From a bacterium (GTDB lineage Bacteria > UBP15 > UBA6099), in NCBI GenBank assembly GCA_029564595.1, contig JAKQPS010000037.1, positions 72,731 through 136,730 on the forward strand: a stretch of 64,000 nt of DNA, given 5' to 3'. Positions 29,177 through 38,690 of this stretch are shown piece by piece. The notes under the pieces were generated by a model. That model was not told where the DNA came from. It saw nothing but the letters and a program-made list of their open reading frames with translations, and did no database searches. The position numbers and the translations under genes were made by a program. How positions within the stretch are numbered: position 1 is the stretch's first letter; each line of letters opens with the position of its first letter.

Positions 29177-30265
29177 TTATGATTCGCTTTCCGGCGATTC
29201 AAAGAACCTGTGGAATTCGGGAGGAAGCTCGCTGTAGTCGTGTTGAGCGGCGATGCCCGACATATCGACCGAATTGTAGGTGTTCCAGAACAGGACTGTT
29301 TTGTCAGCCAAGTCGCGGGTCTTTGCCGTGTGGACAAGCCCCGCGAAGGCTTTCCCGGTGTAGACGCCTTCCAGTTTAACTCCCGCGCAATCGGCGCACA
29401 TGGATATTGCGTCCGCGCTCTCCGGGGTGACCCGTCCGTACTCGCCCCCGAAGAATTCCGTGAGCAGCTCGACATTGAACGGGGTGAACACGCGGACAGG
29501 GAAACTCTGGTCGATGGAGAACAGTTTGAAGGTGGCCTGATTGGCCAGAGAAGAGAGGGCGAAAGTGTTCGCCGCCACCCAGTCTGTGACTTTCACGCCG
29601 ACGACGCGGGATTTCAGGCCGGCGGCGGCGCATCCGGCGATGAGGCCGGACACCGTGCCGCAAGTGCCGACTGCGGCGAAGATGTAGTCAGGCTCGGGGA
29701 TGTCGCCTGCCTCGATCTGTTTCTTCAGTTCGAACGCGGCGTTAATATAGCCGAGGACGCCTGAGACGGAGGAGCCGCCGGCGGGGATGATGAACGGCGG
29801 GCGGCCGTCGTTGAACGAGTGGCGCGCCGCGACTTTCAGAGTCTCGAACGGAACTTCCTTATATCCGCCTTCGGCGAGGTTCAGTTCGGCTCCGTAGTGA
29901 AGGTAGCACAGCATGTTTCTTTTCACCGCCGGAGTGACAGGTTGCGGCACGAGCACGCCAGCGGTTTTGATGCCCCGCGACGCAGCGTGGATGGCTGTGG
30001 CTAGAAAATGGTTTGAGCCGATGCCGCCGAAAGTTATTATCGTTCGCGCGCCCCGCTTAGCCGCCTCCGCCAGAAGAAAATCCAGCTTGCGGATTTTATT
30101 CCCTCCATAGTCCGGATGGCTGAGGTCGTCGCGCTTGATGAACAACCTGCCGACGCCAGTTCTTTCCGCCAGTTCGGGTTTCTCCTCGACCGGGGTCGGA
30201 TAGAATCCGATTGGGCTCCAGTTCAGCTTGTCTCCCAGCGCGGGATACTCCTCGAAAAGAGCCAT
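29177..30265 (-). CDS. PLP-dependent D-cysteine desulfhydrase/ACC deaminase family protein
   Basis: IKRDDLS..YGGNKIRKL, GGIGSNH, GTCGT, VYTGKA. Confidence 0.85.
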   Translation of the reverse strand: MALFEEYPALGDKLNWSPIGFYPTPVEEKPELAERTGVGRLFIKRDDLSHPDYGGNKIRKLDFLLAEAAKRGARTIITFGGIGSNHFLATAIHAASRGIKTAGVLVPQPVTPAVKRNMLCYLHYGAELNLAEGGYKEVPFETLKVAARHSFNDGRPPFIIPAGGSSVSGVLGYINAAFELKKQIEAGDIPEPDYIFAAVGTCGTVSGLIAGCAAAGLKSRVVGVKVTDWVAANTFALSSLANQATFKLFSIDQSFPVRVFTPFNVELLTEFFGGEYGRVTPESADAISMCADCAGVKLEGVYTGKAFAGLVHTAKTRDLADKTVLFWNTYNSVDMSGIAAQHDYSELPPEFHRFFESPESES

Positions 30266-30400
30266 CGAGCCTTGACTGCCTTGAGTTTTCATGATGCGGG
30301 CCACCGAGGGCCGGGAGAGAGGGGAGTGAAAAAGATGTATCTGCGAAACGCGCGCGCCGCCGCGCTCAAACGCAATCCGAAACATGCGGAAAAAACGGAA

Positions 30401-31609
30401 TCAGAACCTGTAACCCGCGTCGATAACGTAGTAGTTCTCGTCGAAGCAGTAGTTGAGTTTCAGCTCCATCGTGGAAGTGAATCTGGCTCCGATGATGCCG
30501 TGGTAGTCCACGCCTTCCATGGATTTCTTGAAGTCGTCCGACGCTCCGTCGTAAGAGATTGACGCGGTGACTTTGGATTTGGCGTTGCGGTATCCCACGC
30601 CCAGCCCGGCAAACATCGTCCCGTCGGCCCCGGCAATGCCTGAAAGGCCGTCCCGGATGTAGTTGACGGACAACTCGGTTATTTTCAATTGATACCGGTA
30701 TGACTGTCCGCTGTAATACGTGCTGACCACGGGTCTGGAATACAATACGCTGTAAACGATGTAATCGTTCTCAGTTTTTTTCCTGTGAGTCCAATAGTCT
30801 ACGCCGATAGAGGTGGCTCCGGAGTCGCTGGACACATTGCCCGGCAGGTCGTGTTTGAGAAACATATAGCCTGCGTGAACCGCATAGAAAGGTTCTCTGG
30901 CGAGCGTTTGAGGCTGCTGTTCAGCCGCCGCATCCGGGCTTTCGGTTGAAGAGGCGGAACCGCCTCTGCCGCGCCTTCCGCTTGAGGCGGCGGGTTCCGC
31001 CGCCGGTTCTGGTTCCGCCGCCGCCGCTGATGAACTGCCTCTGCCTCTCCTGCTGGACGAAGCTGACGCCGCCGCTGGTTCTGGTTCCGCCGGAGCTTCA
31101 GCCGCCGCCGCGCCGCGACCGCGCCTGCTGCTGCCCGACTTCGCCGCCGCCGGGGCCGCCGCTTGTTCAGTCGCCGCCGCCGGTTCTGGTTCCGCTGCTG
31201 CCGCTCCACGGCCTTTCCGCCCTGAAGACGCTTCTGCCGGCTCCTGCGCTGTTTCCGTTTTCTTTTCCGTTTTGGATTCCGTTTTTGTTTCCGCCGCGCC
31301 CGATTCGGCCGCCGACACCGAGTCAAGCTCCTGTATATCCTTCGCCCCCGTCAACATCTTGGCCTGAGCGTAGTGAGGAGTAAGCTTGACGACTTCGAGA
31401 GTCCCGACGATTTTTCCGCCGCGCGCGACATTCAGTTTCTGCCCTTCCTTGAACCCGGCCTCCTTTCCTTTGTAGATTAGAACCGTGCCGTCCTCGAGTA
31501 CGAGGTCTACCCTGACGCCCTGCGCCGAAGCGGGCAGAGCGAAAAGGGCGAACGCCATTCCGAGCAACGCCACCGCTGTTATTTTTCCGATTTTTGAGTT
31601 GAACGCCAT
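30401..31609 (-). CDS. Secreted protein with low-complexity linker and C-terminal outer-membrane beta-barrel
   Basis: Signal peptide, FlgT-C-like N-domain, A/E/P/RGRG repeats, amphipathic strands ending YVIDAGYRF. Confidence 0.65.
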   Translation of the reverse strand: MAFNSKIGKITAVALLGMAFALFALPASAQGVRVDLVLEDGTVLIYKGKEAGFKEGQKLNVARGGKIVGTLEVVKLTPHYAQAKMLTGAKDIQELDSVSAAESGAAETKTESKTEKKTETAQEPAEASSGRKGRGAAAAEPEPAAATEQAAAPAAAKSGSSRRGRGAAAAEAPAEPEPAAASASSSRRGRGSSSAAAAEPEPAAEPAASSGRRGRGGSASSTESPDAAAEQQPQTLAREPFYAVHAGYMFLKHDLPGNVSSDSGATSIGVDYWTHRKKTENDYIVYSVLYSRPVVSTYYSGQSYRYQLKITELSVNYIRDGLSGIAGADGTMFAGLGVGYRNAKSKVTASISYDGASDDFKKSMEGVDYHGIIGARFTSTMELKLNYCFDENYYVIDAGYRF

Positions 31610-31884
31610 AGTCAGTGTCCGTTGTTTCTTTTCGGAAAAGCTTATTATAACAATGAATAGTTGTCAATCATGCCGCTGACCCGGGATGTAACGCCGCTGG
31701 GCAGCCGGTTTTGCCGCGATTCCGGCGTCTGAAAGAAGAAAAAAACGTTGTCGGGGAGGACGCCGGGCGGAGGGCGTTCTGTCGGGCTGAGCTTATCGAC
31801 AAAAGAGACTCCCCCTTGTATATTTCCAATGATCGCCGCGCGCGGCGCGCATGTAACGCGGCGGACTCCGAGGAGGCTCGCAAA

Positions 31885-33756
31885 GTGGACGCCAAAGGTT
31901 TCAATGGAAAAATCCTGAAAGTCAATCTCACAACCGGAAAAATCGACATCGAGCAACCCGACGAGATGTTCTACCGCAAATACGCGGGGGGCAGCGCTCT
32001 CGGATTCTACTATCTTTTAAAAGAGATGCCGGCGGGGACGGACGCGCTGGCCCCGGAGAGCGTCATCGTTCTGGCTCCCAGCGTGCTCACTGGCGCTCCG
32101 GTGTCGGGCGTCAGCAGGTTCACCGTATCGTGCCGCTCTCCGCTTGGCGGCGCGGCGGGCGACTCGCAGTGCGGCGGAAAATGGGGCGTAGACCTCAAAT
32201 ACGCCGGGTTTGACGCCCTCGTCGTGACCGGCAAATCCACAAAACCGGTCTATCTGTGGGTGTCGGACGGGAAAGCCGAGCTTCGCGACGCCGGGGCGGT
32301 GTGGGGAAAGACCACCGGGGACGCGCGCGCTGCCATCCGCGCCGATCTTGGAGACGAGAAGGCGGAAGTCGCCTGCATCGGACCGGCGGGCGAGAAGCTG
32401 GTGCGTTTTGCCAACATCTCCGGCGGCAGCTCGAACTACGCCGGCCGCACGGGAGCCGGCGCTGTGATGGGGTCGAAGAATCTCAAGGCCGTCGCTTGCA
32501 GGGGCGCTCGCGCTCCTTACGAGTACGCCGACGCCGACGGCGTGCGCGCGATAGCGAAAAAAGGAGCGGCCTCGTTCGATAATTCCAAGTTCCACGCGAT
32601 TCTGCGCGAGATGGGCACTCCGGGCGTCGTCCGCCTTCAGGCCGGCGTCGGCAACCTCTGCGCGAAAAATTTTACATACGGCTCTTTCGAGGGAATGGAA
32701 AAAATTTCGGGCGAAACGCTCCGCGACACCATAAAAGTGAAAGACGAGACATGCCACGCCTGCGTCGTAAAATGCAAGAACGTGGTGTCCGCCGAGGAGC
32801 CGTTCAAGATCGACCCCGAATACGGCGGCCCGGAGTTCGAGACCATCGGCCTGCTAGGCTCCAATCTCCTCATCGACGACATCGCCGCCGTCGCCAAAGG
32901 CAACGAAATCTGCAACGCGCTCGGCATGGACACCATATCCGCCGGGGCGATGATAGCTTACGCCGCCGAATGCGCGGAAAACGGGCTGATTGACAAAAAG
33001 CAATCAGGCGGGTTCGAAATCAAGTTCGGCGACTCCGCCGCGATGCTCGAAGCTTTGAGGATGATAGGCGAGCGCGAGGGGCTGGGGGCTGTGTTGGCGG
33101 AAGGCCCGGACCGCGCCATAGCCGCGCTCGGCTCCGAAACCGCCAAGTTCTGCATACACGCAAAAGGCCTTTCCTTCCCGGCGCACATGGCGCAGGTGAA
33201 GATGTCGCAGGCGCTCACATACGCGGTGAACCCGTTCGGCGCGGACCACATGTCGAGCGAACACGACTGGCTGATAGCGGGGCCGAACGAGGCCGCGCGC
33301 GGGCTGGCCCTCTATGAAAAACGCCAGTTCGACGAACTGGACGCGGAAAAAGTCAAACTCGTCGTCTACACCCAGTTCTTCTACAGCGCGCTGGACACGT
33401 TCACTCTCTGCGGCTTCTGCTGGGGGCCGGACGCGATTTTCGGATACCGCGACCTCGAAGACCTTGTGGCGGCGGCGACCGGATGGAAGATGACTCTTTG
33501 GGAGATAATGAAGCTCGGCGAGCGGCGCGTGAACATGATGCGCGCGTTCAACGCCCGCGAGGGGTTCACCGCCAAAGACGACACTCTGCCGGAGCGAATA
33601 TTCGTCCCCATCCCGTCGGGCGACGCCGAAGGCCGGCGCGTGCCCCGCGAGGCGTTCGAGGCCGCGAAGCAACTCTACTACGCCATGCTCGGATGGGACG
33701 CCGCCACAGGCAATCCAACCCCCGGCAAACTCGCCGAACTCGGCGTCGAAGCGTAA
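31885..33756 (+). CDS. Aldehyde:ferredoxin oxidoreductase (W/Mo-pterin)
   Basis: GFNGKILKVNLT, IGPAGE, GRTGAGAVMGSKNLKA, CHACVVKC, GPEFET, GMDTIS; GTG start after AGGAGG. Confidence 0.92.
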   Translation: MDAKGFNGKILKVNLTTGKIDIEQPDEMFYRKYAGGSALGFYYLLKEMPAGTDALAPESVIVLAPSVLTGAPVSGVSRFTVSCRSPLGGAAGDSQCGGKWGVDLKYAGFDALVVTGKSTKPVYLWVSDGKAELRDAGAVWGKTTGDARAAIRADLGDEKAEVACIGPAGEKLVRFANISGGSSNYAGRTGAGAVMGSKNLKAVACRGARAPYEYADADGVRAIAKKGAASFDNSKFHAILREMGTPGVVRLQAGVGNLCAKNFTYGSFEGMEKISGETLRDTIKVKDETCHACVVKCKNVVSAEEPFKIDPEYGGPEFETIGLLGSNLLIDDIAAVAKGNEICNALGMDTISAGAMIAYAAECAENGLIDKKQSGGFEIKFGDSAAMLEALRMIGEREGLGAVLAEGPDRAIAALGSETAKFCIHAKGLSFPAHMAQVKMSQALTYAVNPFGADHMSSEHDWLIAGPNEAARGLALYEKRQFDELDAEKVKLVVYTQFFYSALDTFTLCGFCWGPDAIFGYRDLEDLVAAATGWKMTLWEIMKLGERRVNMMRAFNAREGFTAKDDTLPERIFVPIPSGDAEGRRVPREAFEAAKQLYYAMLGWDAATGNPTPGKLAELGVEA

Positions 33757-33826
33757 GAAAAATCAGTTGCGTTAAGGCGGTTGAAAAAGAATATAGTTTA
33801 CATCGGCCGCTGGTCAAAGAGCCGAA

Positions 33827-34336
33827 CTAGAAAGGGTCGTCCTGATCAACATACAGAGGATCAGGGTCCTTGCTTTGAGCGATAAGAGAATGGATAATTC
33901 GGTTAACTCTGTCTGACGACAATATTGATTTTAGCAAATCGACGAACTCTTCTTCGCTATCGCTCTGCAGAATCGCTTCTTTTTCCATTTCCCCGGCATT
34001 TACCATCATATCAGAAGTGATATAAACCGGATAAGTATTTAGGGGGTGATATGCGATGTTGAGAATGGGTATTTCATAATTGTTTAATTTTGGAGCTATG
34101 ATTAGCAAAACATGTCCTGATAATGAATCGCTTTTTTTAGTATCCCAGCTTCCAACAACTAAAAACTTGATTCGTTTATCACGCGTTAATATAGCAGGAA
34201 AATGATTGACTTTGCCTTTCAACGTTGAACCTGTGATCGCGCTCAAAGCTTCGGCTTGTTCTTTTAAAATTGTGGCCGGTGTTCTTTCTGGTGCAATGTC
34301 CTTGTTGATTTCGGGCCAAAGGATTCTCGAAGACAT
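33827..34336 (-). CDS. Hypothetical protein, partner of EEP nuclease; AT-rich
   Basis: GGAGG RBS right after the EEP stop; LWP...TPATILKEQA...APKLNNY...YPV; ends DQDDPF. Confidence 0.75.
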   Translation of the reverse strand: MSSRILWPEINKDIAPERTPATILKEQAEALSAITGSTLKGKVNHFPAILTRDKRIKFLVVGSWDTKKSDSLSGHVLLIIAPKLNNYEIPILNIAYHPLNTYPVYITSDMMVNAGEMEKEAILQSDSEEEFVDLLKSILSSDRVNRIIHSLIAQSKDPDPLYVDQDDPF

Positions 34337-34348
34337 TTTCTTCCTCCC

Positions 34349-35185
34349 TCATATTGTTTCAATATTCATCTGAAAAAACAATGGAAAATGGTCGGAAAAC
34401 TTCATCTTATCCGGTCTTCCATTCTTGTCTGCCAAAGAATCACCGCCAGTGGAACAAACGATGGACAAGCTTTCTTCATCAAAGTGTTTTACTAGAGACG
34501 GCCTAATGAGAACCTGATCGAAAGTGTGCCAGAACAACTCATCCATTCTTGATTTATTATAATAATGAGTTCCGGGAGGATTATCAACCGAGTTGCCCAT
34601 AAGCCGCCACATGGGGTTATAAAAAAACGTCGAGTCGTTGTTTCTTATGCTTCTTTGTTCCTTCAACACGATTCTTCTATCCATCACGGAGTGGAATGCG
34701 TCAAATGCTGTTAACCCAGTTTCAAAAGGATTCATATTGAAATCGCCGACAACGACGGTGCGCTTATGACCGCGTTCCGCCTCAAAGAACCTGATTTCGT
34801 TCATGGTTTCTCTTGAGTAGTATTCTTGATCGCTGTTCTCAGCATACAACTTGCTTGGCAGATGAATAGCCACAAGCAGGATCTCATCCCCGGTCGGCGG
34901 CCGCAACAAGATATTAGGCACGGAAAAACTTGACATTTGCGGCTCCTTAAAGAGCGGTTCGAAGCAGAATTCTGGATAGCGGTGAATAAACGTGATTCGG
35001 TCAAACTGTGGATATAATGCGAAATATTGTCGCTCTACCCCTCTGTTCAGCCATTCAACTATTTTGGAGTCTTCCGCGCCGTTTTCAGCAAGAATTAGAA
35101 CATCCACATCATAATCGTGACACAAACGGACGATCTGTTCAGTCAGGTCTCTTTTATAAGTATTCCAGAACAGGAATCGAGCCAT
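34349..35185 (-). CDS. Endonuclease/exonuclease/phosphatase (EEP) family protein; AT-rich
   Basis: FWN, LILAE, HLPSK, GDFN, FDQV, SDHFP catalytic motifs. Confidence 0.88.
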   Translation of the reverse strand: MARFLFWNTYKRDLTEQIVRLCHDYDVDVLILAENGAEDSKIVEWLNRGVERQYFALYPQFDRITFIHRYPEFCFEPLFKEPQMSSFSVPNILLRPPTGDEILLVAIHLPSKLYAENSDQEYYSRETMNEIRFFEAERGHKRTVVVGDFNMNPFETGLTAFDAFHSVMDRRIVLKEQRSIRNNDSTFFYNPMWRLMGNSVDNPPGTHYYNKSRMDELFWHTFDQVLIRPSLVKHFDEESLSIVCSTGGDSLADKNGRPDKMKFSDHFPLFFQMNIETI

Positions 35186-35357
35186 GCGCGGATTATATAA
35201 CAAACAGTAATCGCTGAAAAGTCACCATGAGATTAAAAGGCAGCCTCGTTGCGGAATGTTTGTTAAATGGCAATGATGAGCAGAATCATTGTCGCGAGTT
35301 ACAGCAAGACTCAATTGAAAATGGCCGCACGTGGGTTTATTTCACAAACAAGAAAGA

Positions 35358-35467
35358 GCCGATTTCGAATTGAACGAAGTTCAACGAAATCGGCGCGCCA
35401 AGAGTTTTTTTCGGAAGGGGCGCGGGGAAACCTGTTTTTTGCAAAAAAATGGTTTCCCCGCAAACTT
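35358..35467 (+). repeat. Repeat family 2, full copy
   Basis: GCCGATTTCG..CGAAATCGGC and GCGGGGAAACC..GGTTTCCCCGC. Confidence 0.85.
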
Positions 35468-35499
35468 ATAAAAATCCGTTTACAGCAGCATGCGCGCCG

Positions 35500-36537
35500 T
35501 TATCGCGGCAGGAGGGCGGGTACGGAGACGCGCTCGCCCCACGCGGGGACGGCGTACGGCAGTCCGACCGCTCTCAAAACTCTGTAAACGTAACTGTATG
35601 GCCTGCGTCCCTCCACCGGATGTCCTATCTCATGCTCGTGTCCGGGAAGAATGAGAGCCGGCTTGATATAGTCGAGCAGCGGCTTCAGGTTCGGACACCA
35701 GATGTTGGGTATCAGCACGTCTATCTCCATCGGCGGCTTTATCTTTCTGTACCATTCCGAGCCGAGCCGCATGATGTTGTTCTCGTCTCCGAGATGCATT
35801 GCGGAAACGCCGTCTTTTGTCTTAATCAGATAGGAACTGCAAAGGTCTTTTTTCTGATAGCTTGGGAAGACGGTTGCGAGGACGCCGGGCAGTTCGATTT
35901 TTCCCTGACGGATCACCGTCAGTTCGTCGCGCCGCCTGTACTCTTTCCTCGCCGGTTCGGGGACGACCACTTTTTTCCCGGCGTCCAAGTACATGTCCCA
36001 AACGTCCCAGTCTACGTGGTCGCCGTGGTGGTGGGTGACGAGGAGGATGTCCGTTCGGGCGACGATGCGCTCGATTATCTCTCGCGGCGTCCTCACTATG
36101 CCCGGCCCCTGAATAAGGTCGACGGCGATGGCGGTTTCAGGAGTCTGGATTATCACAGTATGATTGTAAAGTTTCCAGATTACCGCTCCGGAACTGACGG
36201 TCGAAGCCTCGAAATCGGCGATGAACGCCTCCATGCGGCGGCGCAGGAAGTCCGCAGCGCAGGGCATGAGTTTCGCTTCGGGGTAGAGCAGGGCGTCGTC
36301 GATGAGTTTTAGTTTGGATTCTCGTTCGTCCTGATTCTCTGAAAGGGAAGGGCGGGTGTCCAGCCAAGCGGCCAGTTCGTCGAATTTCGGCGAGTATTCG
36401 GCGCAAGCCGCCTGTATGTCGGCGGTGGGTTGAGCATGGGCCGGCGTGGAGGCGGCAAAAATGGTTGCTGAAAGCAAAATAGCCGCTGCGGCCAGCGCCG
36501 CCGCGGTTGTCCGAATTGTCCTTTTCCTTCGATTCAT
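35500..36537 (-). CDS. Secreted MBL-fold metallo-hydrolase
   Basis: Signal peptide, THHHGDH, HLGD, HEIGH. Confidence 0.8.
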   Translation of the reverse strand: MNRRKRTIRTTAAALAAAAILLSATIFAASTPAHAQPTADIQAACAEYSPKFDELAAWLDTRPSLSENQDERESKLKLIDDALLYPEAKLMPCAADFLRRRMEAFIADFEASTVSSGAVIWKLYNHTVIIQTPETAIAVDLIQGPGIVRTPREIIERIVARTDILLVTHHHGDHVDWDVWDMYLDAGKKVVVPEPARKEYRRRDELTVIRQGKIELPGVLATVFPSYQKKDLCSSYLIKTKDGVSAMHLGDENNIMRLGSEWYRKIKPPMEIDVLIPNIWCPNLKPLLDYIKPALILPGHEHEIGHPVEGRRPYSYVYRVLRAVGLPYAVPAWGERVSVPALLPR

Positions 36538-36719
36538 CTTGTCGCCCCCTTGATTCTGTTAGAATCCCGTCCCCATTTTATTCGCAACCGGGCGCGCGGG
36601 CAACTTATTGAAAATTCGCGGGATGAAAAATGTATGAGAATTAACTATAATGCGGAAAGCCCCGCGCCGAGGGTTTGTGCGCGAGGCGGGCTAAGAACAG
36701 ACGAACCGGAGACCAAGGG

Positions 36720-37184
36720 ATGAACCCCGACAAGGAAAGAACATTGGTGATAGTGAAGCCGGACGGAGTGCAGCGCGGGTTGATAGGGGAAGTGGTATCG
36801 AGGCTGGAGCGGCGGGGGCTGAAGATAGTCGGCGTGAAGATGCTGAAGATGGACGACGGGCTGGCCGCGAAGCACTACGAGGCGCATGTCGGGAAGCCGT
36901 TTTACGAGCCGCTGGCGAAGTTCATGACAAGCTCGCCGGTTGTGGCGGTGGCGGCGCAGGGACGCGGGGCGGTAAGGCTGGTCAGGAATATGATGGGCGC
37001 TCTCTCTCCCGAAGAGTCCGCCGCCGGCACGATAAGGGGCGATTTCGCGGTCAGCAAAAGATACAATGTCGTCCACGGTTCGGACTCCCCCGAAAGCGGG
37101 GAGCGGGAAGTCTCCCTCTTCTTTTCGCCGGACGAGATTTTTGACTATGACAGGGACATTGACAACTGGCTGAGGCAGGAATGA
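36720..37184 (+). CDS. ndk: Nucleoside diphosphate kinase
   Basis: ERTLVIVKPDGVQRGLIG, GTIRGDF, NVVHGSDS. Confidence 0.97.
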   Translation: MNPDKERTLVIVKPDGVQRGLIGEVVSRLERRGLKIVGVKMLKMDDGLAAKHYEAHVGKPFYEPLAKFMTSSPVVAVAAQGRGAVRLVRNMMGALSPEESAAGTIRGDFAVSKRYNVVHGSDSPESGEREVSLFFSPDEIFDYDRDIDNWLRQE

Positions 37185-37230
37185 AGCGAAAGGCCCGGCG
37201 TCGGGATGCGGACAGGTTGCAGGTGAAAAG

Positions 37231-38652
37231 ATGAGAATAACAAAAGCGACATCGGCGGCAGTTCTGGCGGCGGTTGTTATGGCGTTCGCGGCGGCGGGCG
37301 CGGCGCAGGCACAGGCGCGCCGCTCCATTGAGCAGGTTTTAAACGACCCGGTCCTCAAGCAGTCAACTGTCGCCTTGCTGGCCAAAGACCTCCGGACAGG
37401 CCAGACGCTGATAAGCATCAACGCGGACAGGATGATGATACCGGCGTCCAACATGAAGCTGGTGACGGGAGCGGCCGCCATGCTGGAGCTTGGCCCCGGC
37501 TTCAAATTTCACACGGATTTCATGACGAAGAATTTCAATCCGTCCACCGGGCTTTCGGACGGAATTTACGTTAAAGGATATGGAGATCCGAGCATATCGG
37601 ACAGGTTTTACGCGACCGCTGGGGAGGCGATGGACGCGCACGCGGCGCAACTGAAGAAGAACGGGTTCAAGGGCTTCAGCGGAGTGTTATGGCTTGACGG
37701 CTCGTTCATGGACAACATGCGTCCGGCAAGCTGGCCGCAGGAGGATTTATCGTGGTGCTACGCGCCGCGTCCCGGCGCTCTCTCGGCGGCGGGCAACTGC
37801 GCCCGCGTCACGGTGTCCGCCGGGGCTTCCTCCGCGAAGGCGACAATCGACCCGCCGCTCCATCCGTCTTTCTTCCGTGTCAGCCTGAAAGCGACGACCG
37901 GCAAAACAAGCGTAAAGGTGTCGCAGGATGAAAAAGGCGTGATAACGGTGAGCGGGTCGGTGAAGAAAAACACGAGCGCGAAGTACGAGCACACAGTGAG
38001 GAAGCCGACGCTGCTGTACGGAGCGGCGCTGCTCGGCGCGATGAAAAGGGCGGGGATGAAGGTTTCCGCCGACATGAGGGAGACCTCTGACCTGCCGCCG
38101 GGATATTCCGGTTTCGCGCGCGCCGTGTCGCCTGATCTGGCGGCGGTGACGGCGCAGATGGAGAAACACAGCGACAACTTCATAGCCGAGCAGATAGTGA
38201 GGACGATGGGAGGCCTCCGGGGGGCCTCGGACGCTCCCGGCGCGGCGGCGGTCGTCAAGGATATAATGGTTCGAGCGAACATGGCCGCCGCTTCGGATCT
38301 GACGGTTGTCGACGGCTCCGGGCTGTCGCGGGAAAACAGGCTTGCCCCCAAGGTGTTGCTAACGCTGCTGTCGTCGTTCTATAATTTCAATCCGGGCAGA
38401 CCGTTTCAAGACATGCTGGCGGAGCCGGGCGTAAAAGGCACGCTTGAGAAGCGGCTTGTGAATACGTCCGCCGCCGGAAGGTTGAAGGCAAAAACAGGCG
38501 CGCTGCGCGGGGCCTGCTCGCTCAGCGGATACATCCGCCCCGTCTACGGCGGCTCGGTGTCTTTCGTAATGATTATGAACGGCTACTCCGTTCATTCGAA
38601 CCAGATTAGGGCGCTTCAGGACGAATTGGTTCTGGCGCTCGTCGAGATGTAG
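37231..38652 (+). CDS. dacB: D-Ala-D-Ala carboxypeptidase/endopeptidase PBP4
   Basis: PASNMK (SxxK), SDN, DGSGLSREN, KTG. Confidence 0.93.
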   Translation: MRITKATSAAVLAAVVMAFAAAGAAQAQARRSIEQVLNDPVLKQSTVALLAKDLRTGQTLISINADRMMIPASNMKLVTGAAAMLELGPGFKFHTDFMTKNFNPSTGLSDGIYVKGYGDPSISDRFYATAGEAMDAHAAQLKKNGFKGFSGVLWLDGSFMDNMRPASWPQEDLSWCYAPRPGALSAAGNCARVTVSAGASSAKATIDPPLHPSFFRVSLKATTGKTSVKVSQDEKGVITVSGSVKKNTSAKYEHTVRKPTLLYGAALLGAMKRAGMKVSADMRETSDLPPGYSGFARAVSPDLAAVTAQMEKHSDNFIAEQIVRTMGGLRGASDAPGAAAVVKDIMVRANMAAASDLTVVDGSGLSRENRLAPKVLLTLLSSFYNFNPGRPFQDMLAEPGVKGTLEKRLVNTSAAGRLKAKTGALRGACSLSGYIRPVYGGSVSFVMIMNGYSVHSNQIRALQDELVLALVEM

Positions 38653-38690
38653 GGAGGACCCGGACGCATAATCCGGGGACAACGGAAAAA

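Noticed and set aside
5810-35467. CRISPR array or integron attC array
   Set aside because: The repeats are dispersed kilobases apart with no regular spacers; there is no cas gene or integron integrase, and no clear RYYYAAC/GTTRRRY attC ends
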